Positions 26,901-36,238 of a stretch of 64,000 nt of DNA are shown here, one piece after another. The position numbers and the translations under genes are program-made. Under the pieces are notes generated by a model. The model saw only the letters and a program-made list of their open reading frames with translations, did no database searches and was not told the origin of the DNA. This stretch comes from a virus. Lineage: Duplodnaviria > Caudoviricetes. The stretch is taken from positions 1 through 64,000 of the IMG/VR virus record IMGVR_UViG_3300035562_000079; one strand, 5' to 3'. The first letter of the stretch is position 1, and the number at the start of each line of letters is the position of its first letter.

Positions 26901-27693
26901 GACCTGGAAGGTAGTCGACACACCGAAACTGAAAGAAAAGGCGTGTAGAAATCGCCTGTCCCTCCTTAGCCAACGGGCAGTTATGCGGCTTGATATATAG
27001 CTGGGCTTTTCCCTTGTGGATCGTAATTGGTAGCCCGTGGCGTAAGGTTTCTTGCATCTTCCTTACGCCGGCTGCCAGCGGCACAAACTCCGAATTGGCT
27101 TCCATGCTACGAATCAGCTCGTATCGCATTTCCGCTGCCTCTTGGAACTCCTGGGGCTGTTCGGCCAAATGAGCCTGCAAGGTGATCTCCACCAGCCGTA
27201 AATTCGCTAATTCCGTTTCATAATTAGGTGCACCTGGAGCCGGTAGGTTCGAATACATCATTTCTAAATGCTCCATACCCAGACCATCGATAGGTTTCAA
27301 ATGCCATTGATGTGGCACACCTTTAACCGGAATGGTTACTTCGACATAAGGAGGGATTGTCAGTAGCTCTAAATCCTCAGCCAAATCGCACAGGTCAAAG
27401 TCATAGTGATGCAGCTCCCCACAATGGCCGCATTGATAACTTACGGTCTGTTCTGCACCGTTTGGTTGCGAATGTGTATGAATCCACCACAACGCCGTGC
27501 GGCGGTCTTGAGCCGTCCATCGAGCACTATCCTGCACATCTCCGATCTGCATTGTATTTAGGTATCGCGTCGTAGCCTGTTCTTCTTGTTCCGGCGCCGT
27601 CCCGCAAAACTCCAGAGCATCATTAACCGCCGGCGCCCGAAAATGGATTTCGTTCTTTGGATTTGAGGGTTGGTAGAGGGTAGGGATAAACAT
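26866..27693 (-). CDS. pmgB: PmgB-like tail assembly chaperone
   Basis: WTAQDRRTALWWI and YQCGHCGELH motifs; lies between tube and tape measure genes. Confidence 0.75.
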   Translation of the reverse strand: MFIPTLYQPSNPKNEIHFRAPAVNDALEFCGTAPEQEEQATTRYLNTMQIGDVQDSARWTAQDRRTALWWIHTHSQPNGAEQTVSYQCGHCGELHHYDFDLCDLAEDLELLTIPPYVEVTIPVKGVPHQWHLKPIDGLGMEHLEMMYSNLPAPGAPNYETELANLRLVEITLQAHLAEQPQEFQEAAEMRYELIRSMEANSEFVPLAAGVRKMQETLRHGLPITIHKGKAQLYIKPHNCPLAKEGQAISTRLFFQFRCVDYLPGHVVKFLGDPNS

Positions 27694-27701
27694 ATTTCGC
27701 C

Positions 27702-28481
27702 TTAAAATTTGATTATGCTGGTGGCCTTGCTTAGTGCATCACCGGCCATGCCGGTTGCCATCGATGACGCAAGCCCAGTTAAACTGGCATCAGCTGATGT
27801 GTGGCATACAAATGTCAGAGGGTATGAAAGGAATTCACCAACCTGGTCATATGAACGCGTCGTGGCGCCACGCTCCGTTGGGATCACGGGATATTCAGCA
27901 TCCAACGTTTTACTGCCGTTAAAACCAACGCGATAAATACGGATGTTCATCACGTAGAAGGGAGAGAGGTTAATAGTGCCGTCACGGTTTATCACACGGC
28001 GCTTTCTGGCATCGAACCATTTAGCAATTCGCCCGGTCTGGTCATCGCGAACGGTGATTGTTACGGTACCGGGTGTTATATGAGTTGGTTTATTAAACTG
28101 GATACCGCCGATAATTTTGGCATCTGTTTCAATAGTCCCTTCGCTGTACGAAACATCGCGAACGAACATAAACAGGTCTTTCATACCGTCGGCTTCAACA
28201 ACCCATTGCCACCCCTGTGCGTACTGGATTCGCATCGCCATTTCTAAAATGCTTTTGGCATAGGCAACTTCACCGGAGTGCCCGGCTTTCCCGTTAACCA
28301 TCCCACCACCGGCAAAACCACTGGATGAACCGCCGCCCAGTGCATAATTCAATGCTTCTTTTACAACATCATTTGTCCCCTGGAGGAAGCGGTTTGTAGC
28401 AGAGTCCATCGCGTCATTAAACATGCCGTTTACAGCATTTTTTAGGCTGGATCTGCTGGATAATCCATCAAAAATACCCAT
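27702..28481 (-). CDS. Tail tube/tube-initiator protein (P1 Tub-like)
   Basis: AQGWQWVVE...ITVRDD...WF pattern; synteny. Confidence 0.7.
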   Translation of the reverse strand: MGIFDGLSSRSSLKNAVNGMFNDAMDSATNRFLQGTNDVVKEALNYALGGGSSSGFAGGGMVNGKAGHSGEVAYAKSILEMAMRIQYAQGWQWVVEADGMKDLFMFVRDVSYSEGTIETDAKIIGGIQFNKPTHITPGTVTITVRDDQTGRIAKWFDARKRRVINRDGTINLSPFYVMNIRIYRVGFNGSKTLDAEYPVIPTERGATTRSYDQVGEFLSYPLTFVCHTSADASLTGLASSMATGMAGDALSKATSIIKF

Positions 28482-28493
28482 GACACCCCCCGT

Positions 28494-29045
28494 TTAAAAT
28501 AGTGTTGCGCCGGCAATGATTGCCCGGTTTGACGACATCTGAGCCTCCAGGTCTAACTTGCGCTGAGTCAGCGTGTTTTCGTCAGGAAGGGCGGATGTAT
28601 CAAGTTTCCCTGCGATTGATACGCGCCGTTGACGCTCGGTATTAGGAATTGCGATTAATACCTCCAGGTAGTCTTGAATAAGTCCGACAATCGTTGGGGG
28701 AACCGTCCATTCACTCAATGAGCGGTCGCGCAAGTTGACTAGGTAAGAAAGGGTTAGGGGGTATACTTCTCTACCAGTTAGCTCGAGATCTACCGACGAG
28801 CCATAATCGTCGCTATAAACCAATACTTCGCGCTTATCGACTACATGCACCAGAGCCAGATAATCTTCAGGATAAGGCAGGGATATCCCTGCCTCTTTTT
28901 CTATCTTGATACGACGCACCAAGCCAGCCCGATCCTGATAAGCCGCCAAAGCCTGAATCAATAGGCTTTCAAGCACTTTTGACTCAACCACCAGCAGGGG
29001 CGTAAACCGAGATTTAACGCCCTCAAGCAGCCCGTTAGGTGTCAT
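28494..29045 (-). CDS. pmgC: PmgC-like head-tail adaptor
   Basis: [17 protein letters not shown]...YQDRAG; likely ATG at 29045. Confidence 0.7.
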   Translation of the reverse strand: MTPNGLLEGVKSRFTPLLVVESKVLESLLIQALAAYQDRAGLVRRIKIEKEAGISLPYPEDYLALVHVVDKREVLVYSDDYGSSVDLELTGREVYPLTLSYLVNLRDRSLSEWTVPPTIVGLIQDYLEVLIAIPNTERQRRVSIAGKLDTSALPDENTLTQRKLDLEAQMSSNRAIIAGATLF

Positions 29046-29049
29046 CGAA

Positions 29050-29541
29050 TTACTCCACCCAGTTGTAGACGATGCGCAGGCTTGGGCGGACGGCAACAGT
29101 GACGTCTTCAGATGAGAGATCTACTGCTTCAGAGTAGACTTTGCAGTGAAGCAATGAGCGGGTCAGCCCTTTGTGATCACCCCCGTTCGACTCGGCCGCT
29201 GCACTAATGGTGATATCGACGTATTTTTTGCCGAACACCATATCTTTCACAGCTGCCAGAACGTCGCCTGTAATGGTTTCGACGCACTGCACCTGTGTTT
29301 CCCCACTATTTCGTAGTGCACCGTGCTGGTTGAACTTCATGCCGCCAGGCGCCACGTCTTCCATGTCCTCACGGGTCATTTCTGGAAGCTGAGCTGTTCG
29401 GATCAAGATCGAGAGGTTTTCATACCCCTTAATCACCATCCAGTATTCCGAGCCAATCAGCTTTTCGCCGGCCGCTAGGTTCTGGTTGAAGCGCTTCTTC
29501 ATGAAACCAACGTCAGCCTTGGTGTTACCAAATCCACTCAT
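29050..29541 (-). CDS. bplB: Major tail tube protein (P1 BplB-like)
   Basis: [12 protein letters not shown]...RNSGE..VQCVETI...YNW. Confidence 0.75.
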   Translation of the reverse strand: MSGFGNTKADVGFMKKRFNQNLAAGEKLIGSEYWMVIKGYENLSILIRTAQLPEMTREDMEDVAPGGMKFNQHGALRNSGETQVQCVETITGDVLAAVKDMVFGKKYVDITISAAAESNGGDHKGLTRSLLHCKVYSEAVDLSSEDVTVAVRPSLRIVYNWVE

Positions 29542-29548
29542 AACTACC

Positions 29549-30124
29549 TCAAATGTACATAAGTGGTATTTCCGACTCGTTGTAAGCCGTCATACCTGAG
29601 ATGTGTAGGGTCACTGTGTTGTGGGCATACATACCCGTTATCGTGCGCGGTGCGTCCAACTCGTATTGAACAGACTGAATCACGGCATGCATAATTTTTT
29701 GACGGCGCCCAATATCCAGGACAACAGGCTTCGGCCGGCGGCCACCAGGCAGGAAGTTTTTTAAGTCAGGCGAAGCCATTTGCTGCAACATCATAATTGC
29801 GGAGTTGACCTCGATCTGGGCATCCACTTTCGCCATGAAATGCAGCGACAAATTAAACTCAGGTGGCTTTTGACCTTCCCACACCAACATGCTGTTAATT
29901 TTCGCTTTTGACGTCGTGGTCGATGCCGCTTGAGTCGCATTTGAGAGGGTACTCACACCGGCCATAGAGCCAACGGAGTTGTTTTCAAAAGGCGACGACC
30001 AAAGGCTTTCGAGCATCGCAACGCTGCCTTCCCCGATGTACCCAACGACCATGTTGGTACCTGATGTGATGTACGCCTTCAGGAAAGGACTCACGCCATC
30101 AGGCATTATTGCGCCACAAATCAC
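29549..30124 (-). CDS. pmgG: PmgG-like tail/baseplate protein
   Basis: PDGVSPFLKAYI, W.SPFE and VWEG..PP motifs. Confidence 0.7.
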   Translation of the reverse strand: MICGAIMPDGVSPFLKAYITSGTNMVVGYIGEGSVAMLESLWSSPFENNSVGSMAGVSTLSNATQAASTTTSKAKINSMLVWEGQKPPEFNLSLHFMAKVDAQIEVNSAIMMLQQMASPDLKNFLPGGRRPKPVVLDIGRRQKIMHAVIQSVQYELDAPRTITGMYAHNTVTLHISGMTAYNESEIPLMYI

Positions 30125-30167
30125 AGAACCCCCTTAAAGGCCCACCCGACAGGATGGGCGTATTGAT

Positions 30168-30887
30168 TTACAGGCCGCGTTTTTTGCGAACTTTCAACGA
30201 TCTCCGTCGAGAGATGTTCGCCGACGCAGTGTGAGATTTGCGTTGTGCTTTTTTGATGGACGCACGCTGCAATGCAGTGATGCGCTTAGGGCGAGGGCGC
30301 TTACGGATCAGCTTAACTTCACCGTTGCGAACAACTTTTTTGTTTGCTTCCAGCATAGCGTCATCATCGCTATCACCTGACACGCCATAGATTGCGATTG
30401 CTTCGTCATCGTCTTCGTTGGCGGCAGAAATGGCATCAGCTACGGAGAGTGCCGCATCGTCATCATCTTCATCGATCATCTGAGTGACAGAATCTTGATC
30501 GGCGCCCAATGAAACAGCAGCATCAGCCAGGACAGAGAGGACTCGGTTGTATTCGTCCGTCTGTGCATCAGTGATTTCGTCTTCCTCTTCGTCATCACTA
30601 ATGCCAGCCATAACCATAGCGATACCGTCAATGTCTTCACTAGTCGGGCTAGAGGAACGTGCCCAATCAATCAGGAACGATGCGGCTACCGAACGTTCAT
30701 CCTGACGAGAGCGTTTAGACACCGCTTCGAAAATGGCGTCAGACAGTGCCTTCTTGCCCTTTTCTTTCTTAGACTCGTCTTTACCCTTATTCGACTCCAA
30801 CAGTGCATCAGAGGCCGATACAGGCGCCACTGTGCCAAATGCAGCTTCCAGCAAAGGGTTAACTTGGTTTTGTTTGAAAATATCCAC
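30168..30887 (-). CDS. P1 gp21-like morphogenesis protein (acidic, with basic C-terminus)
   Basis: Position after sheath gene; KKVVRNGEVKLIRKR...RRRSLKVRKKRGL tail. Confidence 0.65.
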   Translation of the reverse strand: MDIFKQNQVNPLLEAAFGTVAPVSASDALLESNKGKDESKKEKGKKALSDAIFEAVSKRSRQDERSVAASFLIDWARSSSPTSEDIDGIAMVMAGISDDEEEDEITDAQTDEYNRVLSVLADAAVSLGADQDSVTQMIDEDDDDAALSVADAISAANEDDDEAIAIYGVSGDSDDDAMLEANKKVVRNGEVKLIRKRPRPKRITALQRASIKKAQRKSHTASANISRRRSLKVRKKRGL

Positions 30888-30898
30888 TTATAGCTCCA

Positions 30899-32479
30899 TT
30901 AACGCATTAGAACAGGAACGCCTACAATGCGGCGGGATACACCCGTCACACACACTTCCCAGCGCACTTCCCAGCTATCGAAACTTGTATTGGTAACTGT
31001 CACGATATAAGGCGCATCACCCTGGCTAACATCACGTGGCTTAACCAAGGCCTCAGCAGCTACATAGCGATCGAGAAGGCGAGGGATGCCCTTTTCAAGA
31101 CCTTCACGGGTTAAACCATCAGGTTCGTGTTTGAGGGCAGCAGCTAAGGCGTAGTAATTGCGTGCGATAGAGTTCATCACTGAAATAACATGCTGATATT
31201 TCTTGTAGTTCTCTTCGACACAAGTAGTTAGGGCATCATCAATAACGATCGCGCCATTTACACTGGTCACAACGTTTAAATGGGTTTTTGCAAAGACTTC
31301 GCGGTCAATACTGGCGGCAGCTGGCAGAGGCTGAATGTTTTGACGATTAACTACGCCGCGTGACTCGCCAGCCGGGGAGTAATGCCAGCCGCCTATATCA
31401 GGTACCAGAGCCACGCCCTTCGCTTTAGCTGTGAAAGCGTCGCCGGACAAACCAAATACAACATTCGATTGGCTCAATGGATCGCGGCAGGAGAATGGGA
31501 AGTAATAGGCTGTGACATTTTCATTGCCACCCAGGCCAAGCCCGGTTAGTTGCTCCAGCGCCTTATCAGCGGCTAAACGAGGATCAACATCTGCGAACAT
31601 ATCTACACGAACAGCCTTCGCCAGTTCGGCAAGTTTGCCGATCGCCGTCGCTTCATAAATGCCCAAAGACAGGATAGCGGTGTACTCCACCAGCGAACCA
31701 TCCAACACCGCTATGGATGCTGCATAGTCTTTCGACGTCAGTTTCTTAAAATCGCCGTCAGAGCCACCGACAAATGCTTGACCGTTGATGCCTGTGAATG
31801 ACGCAGGCAGAGCGACAGTATCAGATATCAGCACACGCAACCGTGAACCGTTACGTTCGAGGACATCCGGGATATACGCGGAAAGCCCCATGTCATCCAA
31901 CACGTCTGAATTAAGCGATACTTCGTAATTTTCCAGAGTGGTTTCTGCTCCCAGCGAGTCAGTTGCCACAAGCTTCAGAGAGAAGATGCCAGGTTTAGTT
32001 TTGACAGGCTCAAAACTCAATTTTCGGTTGGTAGACTTATCGCCATCTTCGACAAAGAAGGTGAGAGCGGCCTTGGCCGGCAAAGTAATGTCGGCACCAA
32101 ATGCGCTTGTGCTGGTGGTTGCCTTAACTGTAGTAACCGCCGGCGTACCGGCCGTCTCTACCGTCAGGTTGATTGCAGGGATCAACATGCCAGGCAATGG
32201 AATGCGTACCACATAACCGTCACCGCCAACCAAAGCCTGGTTCACATGACGTAGAGGTTCAAAATACTGGCCCTCTTGTGGTCTTGGAGCTTCACCCAGT
32301 ACAGATTTGACGTTGTTCTGTGTGATTTTCAGGACTGTATTTGGTTTGCCTTTCCGAGCAATAACCAGGCCCGCAAATACTGAGGCACCGCCAGAAGTAG
32401 ATCCGGTTGTTGCTGATGCATCGATTGGCGCAACTGCCGTGCCGGCAGCCGTACCAAGAGCAAAAGGGATTTTATTCAT
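30899..32479 (-). CDS. Tail sheath protein (P1 gp22-like)
   Basis: 526 aa, GGSDG and WHYSPAGESRG motifs of contractile sheaths. Confidence 0.9.
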   Translation of the reverse strand: MNKIPFALGTAAGTAVAPIDASATTGSTSGGASVFAGLVIARKGKPNTVLKITQNNVKSVLGEAPRPQEGQYFEPLRHVNQALVGGDGYVVRIPLPGMLIPAINLTVETAGTPAVTTVKATTSTSAFGADITLPAKAALTFFVEDGDKSTNRKLSFEPVKTKPGIFSLKLVATDSLGAETTLENYEVSLNSDVLDDMGLSAYIPDVLERNGSRLRVLISDTVALPASFTGINGQAFVGGSDGDFKKLTSKDYAASIAVLDGSLVEYTAILSLGIYEATAIGKLAELAKAVRVDMFADVDPRLAADKALEQLTGLGLGGNENVTAYYFPFSCRDPLSQSNVVFGLSGDAFTAKAKGVALVPDIGGWHYSPAGESRGVVNRQNIQPLPAAASIDREVFAKTHLNVVTSVNGAIVIDDALTTCVEENYKKYQHVISVMNSIARNYYALAAALKHEPDGLTREGLEKGIPRLLDRYVAAEALVKPRDVSQGDAPYIVTVTNTSFDSWEVRWEVCVTGVSRRIVGVPVLMR

Positions 32480-32523
32480 TTTTGTTCCTAACAGCGCCCC
32501 ATGAGGAGCGCCTTATCAAAGGA

Positions 32524-34506
32524 TTAGCCGGCTGCCTTCACAGTCACTTTCGCAACTGCGGTTTTTGCACCGTCTTCACTGGTCATTGTGATGTTGACGA
32601 CGCCTACAGCTTTCGCTTCGCCGTCGCCGTTCTGATCAACAACTACCAACGATTCATCGCTAGAAGTCAGCGTAAACGTCTTGTTGGTTGAGTTTTCAGG
32701 CAGAACAGCAGGAGTCAGCTTGAATTTTTCACCGACGGATACGCTCAAAGTTTTCGGCGTCAAAATAACGCTCTCAACACCTACGATTGGTGCTTCTGTA
32801 TCTTCGCCGCCGGCTTCAGACTTTTTTTCGATGAACTTCCCAGTGCCTGGGTCGATAGCACCAACTTTCTCGTTAACCAACGTCAGGCGAGAGAAATAGT
32901 CTTCGCCATTACGTGGGTGGATCTCATTGATTGCAGAACCCCACAGAGTCTGACGGTTCACCAGGGCTGTAGTAGTTGGATGGACAAACGGGATAGCAGG
33001 AACGGCATCACCCGCGACCATGCCCGCTTCACCCAGGTTTTCACCACGGGAGTAGAAGAGAATGTCGCTAGGAGAGTACGGGTAACCCTCTTTGTTAAAC
33101 TGCTCGCATACAGGGTTAGGCACTTCATAAATGCGGATTGAGCCGAACAAGATACCAATGAAGTGAACGTAAGACGTTTGCACGTAGTTCGGCGCCAACT
33201 GGAACATGCTTTCCGGCAGCGATTTGATGTAGCCCGCAGCATCGCCACCAGCAAAACCACCACGGATTCCGTATTTTTTAGTACGGTCACGCATCTCGGT
33301 GGAGATACGGTTTACAACACCACGGAACAAGGCGCACCAAGGCTCCCATTGCTGACCTTCAGGTAAAGCAGTGTCGAATTTGTATTCGTGCACAGTATGG
33401 AACGCGAGCTTACGCAGACGTTTCATATCTTGCTCATGCGAGCACCATTGAGTGAGGCTGGTAAACTGCATTGATGCCAAGTTAAGGCCGAACTCACGTT
33501 GCAGATCCATCATAGATTGCACGGTATGTTCTGCGGCCAGGATGTATTGCGATGGTTTCATCGTCCATTTACGCATTGCCTGGTTAATAACGGGGATCAG
33601 GTCTGGAGCATTCTCTACGTCCAGCTCTGCCTGCATTGCGATGTGAGTACCTGCTGGTGGTTCGGCATCGAACTTCAGCTTCACAATACCCTTGGTGTAA
33701 TCGATGCTGCCAGTGACTTGGAAGCTGTTGCCTTTGGAATCTTTTTCGTTGTAGTTGATGTTGCTTTCGCCATCATCGTAATGTTTGCCAAGACGGCGGT
33801 TCACAATGATACGCACGCGAGAGCGACGAACAGGCATGTCGCGACCTTCATCATCCTTGATCGAAATGGTGAATTCTTTGGTTTTGCCGTCAACATCGTC
33901 TTTCAACATGAAGATGCGGCCCATTTGAGAGAATACACCAGCGCTGAGGTGATCCATTTGTTCACCACGCTCGAACGAACCCATTTTCACACCGGCGATG
34001 TTATAAACCTCATAGAAGTCTGACTCATCACGTGTTGCAGGCATGAAAGTACACATGTCGCTTGTAGCGGCGCCGAGGGCGGAAGGTAGGATCATTGCCA
34101 TGAAAATAGCCTGGCGCATAACACCTTCTGACGTACGCATATCGCTGGATACTGACTCCAACATTGCTGAACCATCACCGCTGCGCTTAGCGCTAGGGGC
34201 TGATTCCAAGATCAGGTTTTCACAGGCATGTTGGGCGTTTGCCAGCAAATCGGCTGGTGGGTTACATCCGTTAATACGACGGTAATCGGCAACGCTAGCA
34301 GCCCAAGCGGTGGCGATTTGGCGCACTGCCTTTGGATCGACACCTTCAAACATCGGATCTTGGGCCGCTGTCTGGAAAATGGTTTCTGCTTGTTGTTCAA
34401 CACTCATTGCGGCGTTGATAGGTGCATTACTGGTAAACGCCAGCACTCGGCCAGCGCGACAATTTACGTCTCTTTGACGTTCATGAAATGCTTTGGTATC
34501 AGACAC
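32524..34506 (-). CDS. Major capsid protein (P1 gp23-like) with C-terminal Big_2 Ig-like domain
   Basis: P1 gp23-like body ending HPRNGEDYF, then VGVESVILTPKTLSVSVGE...PENSTNK...SSDES...TSEDG. Confidence 0.88.
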   Translation of the reverse strand: MSDTKAFHERQRDVNCRAGRVLAFTSNAPINAAMSVEQQAETIFQTAAQDPMFEGVDPKAVRQIATAWAASVADYRRINGCNPPADLLANAQHACENLILESAPSAKRSGDGSAMLESVSSDMRTSEGVMRQAIFMAMILPSALGAATSDMCTFMPATRDESDFYEVYNIAGVKMGSFERGEQMDHLSAGVFSQMGRIFMLKDDVDGKTKEFTISIKDDEGRDMPVRRSRVRIIVNRRLGKHYDDGESNINYNEKDSKGNSFQVTGSIDYTKGIVKLKFDAEPPAGTHIAMQAELDVENAPDLIPVINQAMRKWTMKPSQYILAAEHTVQSMMDLQREFGLNLASMQFTSLTQWCSHEQDMKRLRKLAFHTVHEYKFDTALPEGQQWEPWCALFRGVVNRISTEMRDRTKKYGIRGGFAGGDAAGYIKSLPESMFQLAPNYVQTSYVHFIGILFGSIRIYEVPNPVCEQFNKEGYPYSPSDILFYSRGENLGEAGMVAGDAVPAIPFVHPTTTALVNRQTLWGSAINEIHPRNGEDYFSRLTLVNEKVGAIDPGTGKFIEKKSEAGGEDTEAPIVGVESVILTPKTLSVSVGEKFKLTPAVLPENSTNKTFTLTSSDESLVVVDQNGDGEAKAVGVVNITMTSEDGAKTAVAKVTVKAAG

Positions 34507-34558
34507 TTTTTCGTCCTATCTATTTGCACAGACAGGGGTTTGCTTCTCGACAAGCGGG

Positions 34559-34577
34559 ATATTAACGAAAGTGAGTT
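34559..34577 (-). promoter_or_regulatory. Late promoter for capsid/tail operon
   Basis: Minus strand AACTCACTT-tcgt-TAATAT. Confidence 0.8.
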
Positions 34578-34640
34578 ATTGAGAGTCACGATAAAAGTGT
34601 GGGGTTGTTAATGGAGGTTTGTTAGACTGGTTCTATTAAA

Positions 34641-34655
34641 CTAATACAGGATTAG
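34641..34655. promoter_or_regulatory. Repressor operator CTAAT-N5-ATTAG
   Basis: CTAATacaggATTAG overlapping the RBS of ORF 34658. Confidence 0.65.
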
Positions 34656-34657
34656 TA

Positions 34658-35080
34658 ATGCGTTATACAGTTTATGTGGAATATCGGAACGGCGCGATTA
34701 ACACGCCAGCCCACTCTGGCGTTAAGGAAGTTGCGTACCGGAATTTTGTTGAGTTAGTCGCAGATAAAGATCTCCTGCTCACGGCAGCCGCCTGCGTTAT
34801 CAAATCCTCCACCAGCGAGATACTTCGCTTTGACTTACGCACGGCCCAACCAATACCGGAATTTAAAGATATCCAATGGCCTCGGCGTGGTGCTCGTCGC
34901 CAGGTTAAAAATGGAAAGACGGTATCAGCGTTTTTAGCTTCAAATGAAGAGGACTTTTTGAAGTCGTTAGGAGAGGGAAGTCTCACACACGGTATCCGTA
35001 AAGCGGTTTCGATGTTAAACCTACTCGAACAGGAAAAATTGAAGGCTCTCAAAGAAAGAGCAACCAACGCAACAGCATAA
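34658..35080 (+). CDS. Hypothetical early protein, possible C-terminal ribbon-helix-helix-like DNA-binding region
   Basis: 140 aa; GKTVSAFL...SLGEGSLTHGIRKAV; followed by a terminator. Confidence 0.65.
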   Translation: MRYTVYVEYRNGAINTPAHSGVKEVAYRNFVELVADKDLLLTAAACVIKSSTSEILRFDLRTAQPIPEFKDIQWPRRGARRQVKNGKTVSAFLASNEEDFLKSLGEGSLTHGIRKAVSMLNLLEQEKLKALKERATNATA

Positions 35081-35093
35081 CACCCGCTTAAAT

Positions 35094-35116
35094 GCCCCTT
35101 ATTGGGGCTTTTTTTA
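35094..35116 (+). terminator. Intrinsic terminator
   Basis: GCCCC-ttatt-GGGGC followed by a T run. Confidence 0.75.
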
Positions 35117-35380
35117 TAACTTGGCGTGCTCAGTTCGTTGCAGGTGGAGTTGTAACACTTCTTCAGCAAAGTGATCGTCAACGATATAGAAATAACACTC
35201 TGGGACGTTCAACACTTTAGCGAACTGGCACATTGTCTCGAACATAGGTCGATATGCGCCTGTCTCATACGATGAGATACGACCGCGTGCTGTGCTTTCG
35301 TCAATGCCAGCTAAAACGCCGAGTTGCTCTTGTGTAAGCCCGGCGCGGGTTCGCGCAGATTTCAGCCGTTTAGTGATCAT
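35114..35380 (-). CDS. XRE-family HTH regulator
   Basis: RLKSARTRAGLTQEQLGVLAGIDESTARGRISSYETG; likely start 35380. Confidence 0.85.
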   Translation of the reverse strand: MITKRLKSARTRAGLTQEQLGVLAGIDESTARGRISSYETGAYRPMFETMCQFAKVLNVPECYFYIVDDHFAEEVLQLHLQRTEHAKL

Positions 35381-35620
35381 ATTATTGCCGTCATATTGAT
35401 TGACGACATGTGTAACATTGCATAACATCAACGTTGTTCAGAATTACAGAACATCATAAAGACCACGAAGCAACACCTGGGAAAGGCCGATCAATTGATC
35501 GGCCATTTTTTTTAATGGACTATCGGTTATGGGCGTTTGGTGTAGATAAACCTGTTCTTAATGTGGTTAGAAACGGGAAGGAACTTCATTCGCCAATACT
35601 GCCAGATATAGGTTAATCTT

Positions 35621-35914
35621 TTGAATAATAACCAATTAATAGACTCAGTGATAGCAAATCGACCCGTGATTTATCCTGATTCTCAACCAAATACGGCTGA
35701 TGTGAGTAAAGAGATCTCTAAACCGCTCAGCAATCACGATGTTTTATCGGCTATAAGTCGGCATTTCATTAATCCTCGATCATGCGATTGCATCCTCACC
35801 TTGTTGGTGCTTCTGACGATTGAGAACCCTGAAATGAAGCTTGCAGAATTTGGGGCTGCTGTAGAGTTGATTGGCAACGTGGTTAATGAGTTGAATTTGT
35901 TAGCAGTGAATTGA
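35621..35914 (+). CDS. Hypothetical protein
   Basis: 97 aa ORF, TTG start, no recognised motif. Confidence 0.4.
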   Translation: MNNNQLIDSVIANRPVIYPDSQPNTADVSKEISKPLSNHDVLSAISRHFINPRSCDCILTLLVLLTIENPEMKLAEFGAAVELIGNVVNELNLLAVN

Positions 35915-35974
35915 AAGACTAAAAAATAGCCTAGTAGTGATAACCGGTCACCAATTTAAGCGACGAAGCTAAAG

Positions 35975-36189
35975 TTATCCACATATCAACTGAGTAGATC
36001 CAATAAATTAACCAATAGATCCAGATATAACCTAAAAGATCCCGGAACCCTTTAAGCCAGTGATAGCGCGGCCTGTAGCCTCGTTTGTGTGTTTATAAAC
36101 TGGAAAAGTGTGTTTATAAACTGGATATCTGTGTTTGCAAACTGGATGAATGTGTTTGCAAACTGGATGAAGTGTGTTTATAAACTGGA
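35975..36189. other. Plasmid origin (oriR-like): DnaA box, AGATCC repeats, iterons
   Basis: TTATCCACA at 35975; GATC at 35997, 36018, 36037; GC-rich spacer; five iterons. Confidence 0.85.
36088..36189 (+). repeat. Five origin iterons TGTGTTTRYAAACTGGA
   Basis: Copies start at 36088, 36109, 36130, 36151, 36173 (21-22 bp period). Confidence 0.95.
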
Positions 36190-36238
36190 AAAAGGATCTT
36201 TTTGTCCACATAACTCAGGCCATCAAAAGAAACCAATT

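Noticed and set aside
36089-36238. Repetitive N-terminal extension of RepA (FINWKSVFINW...)
   Set aside because: It is the translation of the 21-bp iterons; the real start is probably 36239 or 36245.
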